Of a DNA stretch of 64,000 nt, positions 35,333 to 46,609 are shown piece by piece (the stretch's first letter is position 1; each line of letters begins with the position of its first letter). The DNA lies in contig JAIVFI010000002.1 of NCBI GenBank assembly GCA_025558095.1, positions 1,240,001 through 1,304,000 of the forward strand, given 5' to 3'. Origin of the DNA: Hyaloraphidium curvatum SAG 235-1. Its lineage: Eukaryota > Fungi > Monoblepharomycota. The notes under the pieces were generated by a model. It did no database searches and was not told the origin of the DNA. It saw only the letters and a list, made by a program, of their open reading frames with translations. A program made the translations under genes and the position numbers.

Positions 35333-37494
35333 TCAACAACGCTCGAAGCAGCGCTTGAGCTCAAAGTCGGTGATTCGCCTGTCGTATTCCTCCTGCTCCC
35401 ACTCTCCCGCGCGCGCTGGAGATGCCGTGTCAGATTCCTCCCCAACCCAAGTCCGACTGTCGACTAACCATAGTGGTTCACGACCTTCTCGCCGAAAGTG
35501 TCCTTAAGCATACTGGAGTTCCGCAGCTCCGCGACGGCCTCCCGCATCGTCTTGGGCACCTCACGGATGGGTCTTGACGAGCCGTCCGCATTGTACACGT
35601 CGCCCCGGAACGGCGCTTCGAGCTCCAGCTTTTCGCGCAGGCCGGCAATTCCGGCAGCAAGCATTCCAGTGTCTAACGGCACAGTCAGCAACCTCGTCGT
35701 CATCTGACGGTACCAGTTGCCGCTCACATGCCAGGTAGGGGTTGCAGTCTGCGCCGGCGATCCGAACCTCGACGCGCAGCCCCTTTGTCCGGTGCCCGAC
35801 GACCCGGAGGCCGGCCGTCCGGTTGTCGTGCGACCAGACGGCACGGGTGGGCGCGAAGGTCGCCTTCTGCTGAAAGCGCTTGTACGAATTGATGTAGGGC
35901 GCCATGAACAGGGTGATCTCCCGCGAGTACTTGAGGATGCCGGCCATGTAGCTCCGCATGGTGGGCGACATGCCGTGCTCGGGATCGGCCTCGAGGTCGA
36001 GGAAGGCAGAGCTTCCATCGGCCTTCCAGAGCGATTGGTGAACGTGGCAGGACGAGCCGGCCAGATCGTAGTTGACTTTGGCCATGAACGTCACAGCCTT
36101 GCCCTGCAGCAGGGCAATCTCCTTGCAGGCGTGCTTGCAGACGGTGAGGTTGTCGCAGGTGATCACGGGCTCGTCATATTTGGTGTTCAGCTCTTCCTGT
36201 CTGACTCGCAGGAAGGTCAGACGAATTCGCGCTGACCTCGAAAGCGAGGCCCTCACCCCGGTCCGAACTCGCCCTTGGTGCACTCGACGACAACGCCAGC
36301 GCCGTACAGCCCGTTCCGGATCGCCTGGGACCACTATTAGTACGGCTGGTTCAGCCTTCAGGATGCCGACGGCAACGGACCCTGTTCAACGGCTCCTCCC
36401 TCGTCGTCTGCAAAATGTGATAGTCCTGACATACGGAAGTAAGCCTGCTGACCCGCTCGGCAGCGGTGTACGGGGATCACCTCAATATAGGTGCCGGCGA
36501 GCTTCATCTTCCCAAATTGGTATCCGATGTCGTGACAAGACTCGTAGCTCTGGTCGAATACGTAGTACTGGAAGCCAAAAGGGAAGCTTGACGCGGTCAA
36601 CCACCCGGCAAGAACCCCGCTGACCTCGAGCTCCGACGCCATCTTCGCCGTCAAACCAAACTCGTCCTTGAGGGTCTTGACCATCTTCTTCAGCATGGCC
36701 CGCGGGGAGTACTCGACCTCATGACCATGGTGGTCGTAGATATCACAGAGCACCATGCACGTTGCTTCGAGCCACGGCATCCGCCGAATGGTAGCCAGGT
36801 CCGGCTTGACCGTGTAGTCCCCGTAGCCGCTGTCCCACGACGAGTCCGCGTAGCTGTTGATAATCCAGATCGCCCCGTGTCGCAGATCAATAGTAGCAGC
36901 CGCCACTCACCCCTGCACGCTTCAAAATGGCGGGGATCAGATGACGAGGCTGGAATGACTGCTTCCTTTCACTCACGGCTCGTTTTCAATGTCCATGGAC
37001 AAAAGATAGTCGCCTAGAGACCGCAATTCAGAGAGATTTGCGCGCCACAGCAGGAAGAAACTCACACATGTGGGCCTCGTCGTGGTGATCCAGGAAGTAG
37101 GCGGCGTGGTAGCTTCCCCAGACACCCATGAGCGAAACGGAGACCTCTAGCAGGCGCAAAGATCCTTACCGTTTGCCCATTAGCCGTCCCTGCATGTCGA
37201 CCTGTGTAAGATCATGTCGGCAGAGGTCCGTCAGATTCGACTCCTCCAGGCCCGAGAACGGCACCGCAGAACGCCACAGGCACGCGTTGAAAGTCCACAA
37301 GCCCGTCCGTGTGGAATCACACGCGGCATGATCCGATGCCGAGGCCCAGGTCGCCTTATCGGATGCCGCGGGACGCGACATCGCGGCGAGCAATCACAGG
37401 CGAAACCGACCGTGACAACGAGGACCGTGTCGATCTTCTCCGCCTCGACCTCCGCCCGGAGCTGCTCCAGCGTCAAGAACGCGTTCTTAGACAT
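35333..37494 (-). CDS. Glutamine-synthetase-like gamma-glutamyl ligase, bacterial GlnA4/PuuA type, 11 introns
   Basis: DMQGRLMGKR, CDYLL..GY..SSWDSGYGDY, ASELE, KGEFGPGQEE, TFMAK..GSSCHVHQS, NSYKRF..FAPT..W..DNRT, EVRIAGADCNPYLA; last exon EWEQEEYDRRITDFELKRCFERC*. Confidence 0.9.
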
Positions 37495-37674
37495 CGTTTC
37501 GGAGGCCGCTTTGACGCGATTCGGCTTGGGTTTGCGAGTAGCGGGCAGGAATCAATCAAAAGCCGGCCGCAACGCCGCGCCGCCGATCACCGCAAGGACT
37601 CTTTGGGCCCAGCAAGATCGCAGCGCTTGACCTGCCAACATCATGTAGCAATCGTTTGGAACAACCGTAGCTAA

Positions 37675-38987
37675 CTAAAGTCTCGAGGCCGGGCCTCCAA
37701 AGACCGTCCCGGGCTTGGCTCCCGCAACCCGCGCCGGCTGCCCGAACAGCTCGGCACCTCCGGCAGTTGGAATGATCGCCCCGGTGATGTGCGCGCCTCC
37801 TCTGGAGCACAGAAGCAAGGTGAGACCCGCCATGTCGGCAGCATCGCCGACGCGCCCGGCTATGGATATGAACGTCAGCAAGTTTCGCGGGCCAACAATC
37901 CGAGGCCCTCACTAGGCTGCTCCGTGTCGGCAAGGGCCTTCAGAGCGGGATCCATTCCCGTCTGAGTCGTCATCTTTGAGGGGTAGCGACCCGGGGCAAT
38001 TGCGTTGACGGTAATGAGTCGGCTGAAAGAGACCAGATGTCAGTGCCGTGCTACTCGCAACACGTGTCCATAAGGCTTACCTGGCGAACGTGTGCGCCAT
38101 GCTGCGGGTGAGCTGGTTGACGGCAGCCTTGGAGACTCCGTAGCTGCAAGACACGGCCGAGATCAGGTTGGGGACGGAAAGCTTCCTCTGCACTAGACCT
38201 CACCTGTATGTCCCGGCCTCGGCACCGCCTCCCGACTGGGCCGCAAGAACGTCCTGGGCCGTCTCCGCAGACAGCGAAGCGATGGAGGAGATGTTGATCA
38301 CGCGCGACGGGTCCGTAGGGGTAGGTTCCTTGAGGAGGAGAGGCAGCAGCGAAACGGTCAGGTAGAAGTAGCTGAAGAGGTTGATCTCTGGCAATCTGGA
38401 TGAGCCAGGTGGCCCGCGGCGGCCGGAAGTTGTCTCACGGAAAGTCTGCATCCAGCCTTGGGCTTCCGGGAAGTCCAGCAGTGGTCCACCCCAAGCGATC
38501 CCACTGGAATGAATTCAAGAGATAAGAAACCGCCACGAACACGCCCAGTAACGAGTCCACAAACGAGTTGTTGATCAAGATGTTGAGCTTCGTCTCCTTT
38601 TCCTTCATCGTGGCCGCGAGCGCCTCGCACTCCTTCCGGGTCCTCAGGTCGGCCTTGACGGGGATCACCTGACCGCCCGAGGCCTTGACGGCCGGGTCTG
38701 AGTTGATCTCGTCCGCCGTCTGCTGCAGCACGGGCAGCTTCCGAGACGCGATGTAGACGCGGGCGCCGTTCTGCGCCAGTGCCGTCGTCATCATCTTCCC
38801 GAGACCTGAGAGGCGGTCAACTGGTAGGCAATAGCCTTGCGAGGGCAACGTCACCCAATCTTACCGGTTCCGCCGCCAGTGACCAGCGCGACCTTCCCCT
38901 TGACTGAACACGCATTGGTCCGTGGGGGCAACTAGCAGCGCGCGCGGACCCACCGGAGAACAAGTTGTTAATGGTGAGATCCGCCAT
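37675..38987 (-). CDS. Short-chain dehydrogenase/reductase (fungal RhlG-like type), multi-exon
   Basis: LFSVKGKVALVTGGGTGLG, GARVYIASRK, RVINISSI, YGVSKAA, VNAIAPG, GRVG...DMAG. Confidence 0.85.
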
Positions 38988-39311
38988 CTTTTAACGGGGT
39001 CCCGGGGGGAGGAACAGGGTGATTGGGTGCGGGGTTTCCGTGTTGAAGCCCGTCGCTGCGATGGGAGACGTTCTCGTGCCGCGTCGATCACACACTCTTG
39101 CATCTGCCCGTGCGCCCGGAGATCTGCCTCAGATCGAAGGATCGAAGCCACAGAGACTGCATGAGTAGATAACCAGAGTTTTATCACGGATTCGCTTGAT
39201 CTGCTAGGAGGATCGCGCGATGAGTCTTTTGGGATGCCGATCAAGCCGATCGCGGCGCGGGCGAGCTCGCGCCGTGGCGGCGCCAACCATCGCGGCGTCG
39301 GTATTCCGCAA

Positions 39312-40395
39312 ATGGCGCCTCGCGTTTCCGCCCTGTTCAGCTACCCGATCAAATCCTGCGGCCCGGTCCGCCTCGATGCCGCGCGCGTCGACGCATTCGG
39401 GCTGCAGCTCGACCGCAACTGGGCAATCGTCGACCCCGACGGAAAGCTCATCACCCTGCGGGAGGTGCCCCGGCTAGTGCTCCTCAAGCCGCAAATCGTG
39501 CTGAAAGAAGCCGCGGACGGCGATTCGCGAACGGCGCTCGAGGTCGGCGGCACGATGGTGCTCAAGGCTCCGGGGATGCCCGACTTGCCCGTCCTGTTCC
39601 CGCACCCCGCCGGACCGGATGCCACGGTGGTCCAGGTGGACGTGTGGGGGGAGAGGAGCGATGCGCTCGACGAGGGCGACGCCGTCGCGGACTGGTTCGA
39701 GAAGTACATGGGCCGGCCCGGGCGGCTCGTCGTCAAAGACCCGCGGCAAGGTGCGCATTCGCGGGTTCGGCTTGAACAGAGACAGCGTTCTGACATCCTC
39801 CGTTTGTTCCAGTGCGCACACACTCGGGTCTCTACGACGACGAGAATCAGCCTCCCTACGTCCAATCGACCTACCCGTCAATGCCGTCGGTCGGTACTGC
39901 CTTTGCCGACTGCTACCCCTTCCTGCTCGTCACCGCCGCCGCCGTGCGCGAAGTCGACGCCAAGGTGAAGGCCAAGGACCCCTCCGCGAGGGAGGTCAAA
40001 GCCGAAAACTTCCGCCCCAACATCGTGGTCGACGACACCGAGGCCTGGACCGAGGACGGGTGGCTTCAGGTCCGCATCGGCGGGACCACCTTCGACGTGC
40101 TCACGCGGGCGACGCGATGCGTGGCCACGTGCGTCGATACCGAGATCGGCGAGATCCAGAAGGAGCCGCTCAAGACGCTCCAATCCTACCGTCGCGTGGA
40201 TCCCAACGCCAAATACGAGGCCTGTTTCGGACAGTGAGCGGCTTCCTTGCTGTGGTGGCATCTGGTTTTGCTGATTATTTCTTCAGATGGCTTCAACAGC
40301 ACACCGTCGGAGGGACGATCAAAGTCGGAGACGAGGTGGAGGTGCTGAAGACTGGTACTCACGCGAAGAAGAAGAAGGCCAAGGCAGAATCGTGA
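39312..40395 (+). CDS. MOSC-domain protein (mARC/YcbX-like molybdoenzyme)
   Basis: LFSYPIKSC, DRNWAIVD, FADCYPFLL, FRPNIVV..EDGW, RC (Mo-ligand Cys), G.IKVGD. Confidence 0.9.
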
Positions 40396-40585
40396 TCCTA
40401 GAAGCTATTGTATATTTGCCTACGTGAGAGAGGTCGTAAGGATGAAGATTTGGTGCTTTCGGCTTGGACGCCGGGGATCGGCGCAAGGAAGGCGGCGGGA
40501 AAACTCGATCCGCGTCCCGAGCCGAACACTCGGCCGCGCTTTCCCCTCCACGAATCCCGGCCGCTCTGCCTCGGAGCCGGTCGCG

Positions 40586-41383
40586 ATGTCTTTTCTCTCG
40601 CAACTGTTTGCGCCCCCAGCGCCGACGTGGCTCCTGCGCGGCGTGACGGCCTTCCAGGTCTTCGCTGCCCTGACTTCGTACGGGCAAGAAACGACCCCGG
40701 GGAAGCAGGCACCGTACTCCAAGTTTGCGGGGGAGGCGAAACTGAAGGTCCCCATCTCGGGCCGCCTATCCATGCTCTTAATATACGTTCCGGCCACGGC
40801 ATACTGCGCCTGGGCGTTTTCGCGGCTCGGCCCGGCCGGCCCCGCGCCCTCGGAGGCGTCGGCCACGGTGGCCGCCATGCTGCTCGCGCACTTTGGCAAG
40901 CGGGTTTTCGAGACCCTCTTCGTCCACAAGTACTCGGGGAACGGGGACCTTCCGACGTCGGCCGTCATCGGGATCAATTACGCCCTTCAGGCTTTGCTGA
41001 TCAACTCGCAGCAGGCCCAGGTCGCCGACTCCTTGCGACTCGCCTGGGCCTTCCGTGTCGGCCTCGGCCTGTTTGCCGTGGGCGAGCTGGGGAACCTCTA
41101 CCACCACTACCTCTTGTCGACCCTTCGCTCCAAGGGCGGGGAGAAGAAGTACTCGGTCCCGCGGGGCGGTCTGTTTTCTCTTGTGGTGGCTCCGCACTAC
41201 CTCTTCGAGCTCGTGGCATGGCTGGGAATCGCCGTGGTTGCGCAGCAGACCAACGCCTGGCTCGTGCTGGCGTGCATGACGAGCTACCTCGCCGGGCGCA
41301 GCACGGCGACCCTGGATTGGTACAAGAAGAACGTGCAGGGGTTCCCGACGGACAGGAAGCGGCTCGTCCCGTTCCTTTTCTGA
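40586..41383 (+). CDS. Steroid 5-alpha-reductase/trans-2-enoyl-CoA reductase family membrane protein
   Basis: HFGKRVFETLFVHKYSG, GELGNLYHH.LL..LR, Y.VPRGGLF.LV..PHYLFE, WY...F....RKRLVPFLF. Confidence 0.9.
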   Translation: MSFLSQLFAPPAPTWLLRGVTAFQVFAALTSYGQETTPGKQAPYSKFAGEAKLKVPISGRLSMLLIYVPATAYCAWAFSRLGPAGPAPSEASATVAAMLLAHFGKRVFETLFVHKYSGNGDLPTSAVIGINYALQALLINSQQAQVADSLRLAWAFRVGLGLFAVGELGNLYHHYLLSTLRSKGGEKKYSVPRGGLFSLVVAPHYLFELVAWLGIAVVAQQTNAWLVLACMTSYLAGRSTATLDWYKKNVQGFPTDRKRLVPFLF

Positions 41384-41688
41384 TGGACCGCCGGCTGTCG
41401 GCGGCTACTTCGGACGGACTGCGGGCGATTGACGGCGACATCCAGGTCGGATGAAGCGCAGGAAGAATGTCTTGCTTGTAGACGCGTAATGGGCTCCGAC
41501 AGCTCACGAGCTTTGGCTGAATCCATTCACCGGCAGGTCACTGGATGGGACGGCCCAGCCACGGGGCCGCTGCGGAAGCGGCGATTGCGCCATCGCTGTC
41601 AACAAACCGCGTGGCAACCCCCGAACCCGTGCCCGGGCACCTCGCAAGCGGACGTCCTCGCGTTCCTCCGACATCGCCGAAAGTAGCA

Positions 41689-43101
41689 ATGGCCGCCGAC
41701 AAGCCCTCGCTCAGGCTCGGAAGCACTGCTCCCGTGAGTTTCGCGCCCTCCAACCGCGGGTCGGGCAGTGCGTGGCGGTGGGGCCCGGGAGGCCGTGAAC
41801 GCCGGTGCTGCGGCGTTCCCGACATCGGCGATGGGAACGATGTGTATCGCGGCGGCCAAAGAAGGCTGCGGAGCTCGTGGCTCCCGCCGTTTCGAAAGTC
41901 GCCCGGGCTGGGGAGGCAGAGCGGCACGCCCATCGGAAGCCTGTTTCTGGACGGCGTCGCTTCCGAGCCGGCAATTCGCACCATGAGCACCTTGAGAACG
42001 GTTTCCGAACGTCGTTTTGGCGTCTGGGCTCTTCCCGGACCGACGACTGGCGCGAGTCTCGGATCACTGATCCTCCTTCCCCACCCCTCCCTTTTCCTTT
42101 CCGCCCAACAGAACTTCCAGGCGGACACCACCCAGGGTCCCATCGACTTCCACGAGGTGCGTTTTGGTGTCCCGGCAAGCTTCCCGCCCAACCCGGCTGA
42201 CCGATAGCTAACTCCGGCAATCAGTTCATCGGCGACTCGTGGGTCATCCTCTTCTCCCACCCCGCGGACTTCACCCCCGTCTGCACCACCGAGGTGAGCT
42301 TTTGCGCCGCCCAAAGCCTTCGTAGACGTTCTAACGCCCTTTTGTCCGACAGCTGGGCGCCGTCTCGAAGCTCTCGAAGGAGTTCGAGAAGCGGAACGTC
42401 AAGACGATCGGCCTCTCGTGCAACGAGCTCGGCGACCACGACAAGTGGATCTCGGATATCAACAAGTGGGTAGCGCCTGCCGGTTGGGGCCCGATCGGAG
42501 CAGATCACTGATGGCTGCCCGGCTCCATAGGACCCAGGGCACTGACCTCAAGTTCCCCATCATCGCCGACCCCACCCGCAAGGTGGCCGCCCTGTACGAC
42601 ATGGTGAGCCTTCTTGTTCCAAACACCCGGAAGCCTCCCTGACATCCCCACCAGCTCGACTACCAGGACGCCACGAACGTCGACGCGAAGGGGATCCCCT
42701 TCACCGTCCGCTCCGTCTTCGTCATCGACCCCAAGAAGACCATCCGCCTCACCCTGACCTACCCGGCCTCGACCGGCCGCAGCTTCCCCGAGATCCTCCG
42801 CGTGATCGACTCGCTCCAGCTCGGCGACAAGAACAGGATCACCACGCCCGCCAACTGGCAGGTCGGCGACAAGGTCATCGTGCACCCCGGCGTGAGCAGT
42901 GGGTATCTTTCTCTCGGTGGGCATGTTGCGCGATGTGCTGACGTGGTGTCTCGCAGACGACGAGGCGACGAAGCTCTTTGGCGAGTTCGACACCGTCCTC
43001 CCCTACCTCAGGCTCACGGTGGGTGGTTGCGAGCAGATTACGGCCGGCTCCGGTTCTCATGGGCCGGCCGCAAACAGGACTCCAAGAACCTCAAGGCTTA
43101 A
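41689..43101 (+). CDS. PRX1: 1-Cys peroxiredoxin (Prx6/PRX1), multi-exon
   Basis: [63 protein letters not shown]. Confidence 0.95.
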
Positions 43102-43390
43102 GCGGACTTCTGCATGCTGGTTCTCCGTCGAAAATATACTCAGCGCTTCGTTTGCAGCGAGCTTGCCTTGTGTTTTCCTCTCCGTTCAAGTCGCTCATCT
43201 AGATGGCGAGCATTCATCTCCAGCATGCCATCGGCGTTTCGCGCGATCGCTCAGGGTCCGCCCGTCTGCGCGCGCGAGCCGCAAAGCCGCAATCCGAACA
43301 GACAACTCCGGGGCAGCGAATCGCACTTCCCGCCCCTTCCACCCTCCCTTTGTCCCTCCCTTTCCCTCGGCGTCGCTGCCCTGCGCCGCG

Positions 43391-44147
43391 ATGGCCACCG
43401 ACGCGCGCACGCAGGCCGCGCTGGAGGAGCTCGAGGCCGCGGTGCAGCGCACCGGCGGGCGGCGCGTGCAGTACACTCCCGCATCGAAGGAGGACTGCAT
43501 CTCGGCGTGTTCGAACATGGTGGAGCTGATGGTTGGGCGGAATCCGGGTGGGTGGGCCCGGGCGGGGGACAGAGGGGGAGACTGACGGCCTCGTCTCGAA
43601 CCTTGGAACGCGCTCCGACCATCTTGCCCCGTTGGTTTCACCTGAATGTGATTGTGGACGCTTCTATCTTCGCCTCTCGCGGGACGTTTAGTCGCCGCCA
43701 AGAAGAAGGCCCCCTCCCCGCCCGCCGACGAGGTCGAGGAGGCCGCCAAGACGCTTGCCGCCATCTCGGGCTGGTTCGCGTCCCGCGTCGACGGGTTTAA
43801 GGAGCGGATGGGGTCCAGGATCGCGGATGCGGTCTACCAGCACTGCCTGCTGGACTGCGTTGACGACACGGACAAGGTCGGCCGCCCTTGTCGTCGGCGG
43901 GGGTTGGGCGCGCCTGACGCCGGTTCGGGTCATGCAGAACTTCCCGAAACAGCTCGCGCAATGCTGGAGCAAGGCCAAGACTGAGGAAGACGAGATCAAC
44001 TGCAACCAGCTCGCCGCGGATTGGCGGCTCCGGGCGCGCGCCGATTTCGACGCGCAGAAGCTCAAGGAGGCGGCGAACCTGATCGACGACGTGGCGGGGA
44101 AGCGGACTTGGGCCGAGTTCTTCGGGTTCGGGGGGGAGAAGAAGTAG
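43391..44147 (+). CDS. Hypothetical helical protein, 3 exons
   Basis: Spliced reading MATDARTQAALEELE..CISAC / ..HCLLDCVDD / NFPKQLAQCW..FFGFGGEKK* with good codon bias and GT-AG introns. Confidence 0.55.
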
Positions 44148-44217
44148 CGCGGCCGGTACCCGGACGATTTTGTCTCTCGAGCGAAAGAGGAATCGATTTC
44201 TCCTTCCAGCTTCTATT

Positions 44218-45221
44218 TCAGAACAGATATCCTTCCTCCGGGTGCATCTTTGGCGGTAGCTGCGTCTCGCCCAGGATGGCCATCGTGTCCCTCTCGATGT
44301 CTCTGCAGATGGCCGTCATGGGCACGTCGGTTATGCGATTCTCGAAGGGGTCCTCGTTGACCGCGCCGGTTCTCTCGATCGCGGAAAACAAGAAAGCGAT
44401 GATGGCCGACATCGGAATCACGAGCCATACCACGCCGTCTGCTGTCATCCCCTTCACCGTGAAGAAGGGCACCAGGATGACAAAGACCCGCACGAACAGC
44501 CGGGTAAAGTACGAGTACTGCCGCGGCACCGGGATCCCCTTGATACGCTCGCACGTGGCCTGCTGCGATCCCAGCGCGGCAAGCTGCCCCTCGAGCTGGA
44601 AGGAATCGAACCCCATGAGCACGCCAGAGGCCATGGCGTCGTAGATGGATTCGCCCTGGCGTTTCATGAGGTACAGCGGGGCGTCGGGGGCGGCCTTGAG
44701 GCCCGCGAGGTCCGCGGGGTCGAGCATCCGGGCCACGCCGTCGTCCGCGCCGGGCGATTGTCCGCGGAGCTGGGCCCGGAGCGAATGGGCCCAGGCAATC
44801 TGCCGCCGCACCACGGTTTGCTTGAACGCCGCCGAGGCCTGGGCGTCGTACTGCGGCGCCTTGCGGTGGGAGTCGGCAAAGGTCACGACGAGCCGCGCGA
44901 ACGTGCGGCTGGCGGCCAGAATCGCGGCCCACGCGGCGGCCGCCTCGCCCCAGCGCGCGAAGGAGGTGTTTGCGCGGAAGGCGAGGAAGATGGAGAGCGC
45001 GGTGCCGAGCACGCCGAGGGGGGCAAAGGTCCAGGAGAAGTAGTAGATGCCGTAGTTGGCGAGGAGGGCCGCGACGACGCTGGCGACGATGGAGAGGGAG
45101 ACGTCGAGCCAGACGTAGCTGAGGACCTTTATCGGGTTGAAGATGCGTTTGACGACTTGCGGCGGGAGCAGGCAGCGTTGAGATGGGCGGAGAGGAATGC
45201 CGCGGGGAACCACCCACTCAT
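44218..45221 (-). CDS. Bestrophin-family (bacterial YneE-type) anion channel; one intron right after the start codon
   Basis: IFLAFRAN.SFARW.EA..W, CERIK..P.P..Y, EDPFEN..TDVPM..IC..IE. ATG 45221, intron 45217-45156, giving MIVKRIFNP. Confidence 0.88.
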
Positions 45222-45541
45222 TTCGGACGAGCACGGCGGCGGACTCCGCAGAACGGTGGGCTAGGGTCCGAAAAGCGGTGGCAATGGTTCCACTGCGCGT
45301 CTGTCCTGCCTATTGTTGGGATTCGTTGCTTGCGACGCCCGCGATTGGGCGGTTTGGAAACCACAGCCACTTGACCGATCGCTCCTCCGCCTGCCTGCGG
45401 TGTCAGCCATGCGGAGGCCGCATAGTCTTTGGAGAGCGGTCGTGATAAAAGACCGGCGAGGACGCACGCTCCGCACCAGCGCCTCCGGATCTCCACCCAT
45501 CCTGCATCCGGCCGACCCACTCAAATCGCAACAGCAAGAGC

Positions 45542-46545
45542 ATGGCGCGCGGGCACAAAAACGCCAACCCCGTCAACGACAAGCGCCCCAAGCGCGTCGC
45601 CATCGTAGTCTCCAACGAGGGTGTATCGTCGACCACCGGCCAGCCCGTCGGATTCTGGTGCGTTCGCTGGCTTGCAGCCCCGGTCGCGCGGAGCTGACAC
45701 CCCGCGGCCGCAGGTGGGCAGAGCTTTCCCACCCCTACTACTACTTCACCGAGGCCGGCTACGACGTCGAGATCTTCAGCCCGCTGGGGGGCAAGGTGAT
45801 TGCCGACGCCGCCAGCGACCCCGAGGACGCGAGCCAGTGGCAGGCCGAGGACGTGATCTCACGCGGGCTCAAGCACGACCCGGCCTTTGCTCCGCTGCTC
45901 GAGGCGACCAAGAAGGTGGACGAGATCAACGTGGCAGAGTTTGATGCGCTGCTGGTGGCGGGCGGCCAGGGGCCCATGTTCACGTTCGAGAAGGCGGACA
46001 ACCTGCACGTGGGTCCGGGTGCTTCGCGCGCAATCGCCGCGCTCACCAACGGCGTCCACCCTCCGTGGCTGTCGACCATCCACACCTACATCGGACCGAC
46101 GACGTCCGCCCCGGCAGGCCAAGTTCGCCGAGTTCTTCGAGGCCGGCAAGATCGTCGTCGCCCTCTGCCACGGCTGCGCCATCCTCCGCTACGCCAAGCT
46201 GTCGACGGGCGAGCCCCTCGTCCGCGGCAGGACCGTCACCGGGTTCGCCAACGTCGAGGAGGACTTTGCCGACGCCGCCATGGTCCAGTGGGGCGTGCTC
46301 AAGCAGGGGCAGCATGTGATGCCGTGGCGTATCGAGGACGAGCTGAGGAAGCTGGGCGCCAACTACATACAGGCGGGGCTGTGGAAGGGGTTCGCGGTGC
46401 GGGACGGGAACCTGATCACGGGTGGGTGCTCGCCGGCGACGGGCGATTCGAGGGACCGGGCTGACGCTGCGTGCGCGTTCCAGGCCAGCAGAACTTCAGC
46501 GGGACCGAGACGGCCAAGCTCGTCATCGAGGCGCTGGGATTGTAG
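45542..46545 (+). CDS. DJ-1/PfpI (class I glutamine amidotransferase-like, Hsp31/glyoxalase III type) protein, 3 introns
   Basis: GFWWAELSHPY, AGGQGPM, nucleophile ALCHG, VTGF.N.EE, DGNLITGQQNFSG. Confidence 0.9.
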
Positions 46546-46609
46546 ATGGCTTGTTGCATAACCCCACGAATACACTTGAAACCTGAGAAAACGTCCCGCG
46601 AAAATCACC

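Noticed and set aside
41689-43101. Possible selenoprotein forms of the peroxiredoxin or GST
   Set aside because: The peroxidatic residue is TGC (PVCTTE), and neither gene has an in-frame TGA.
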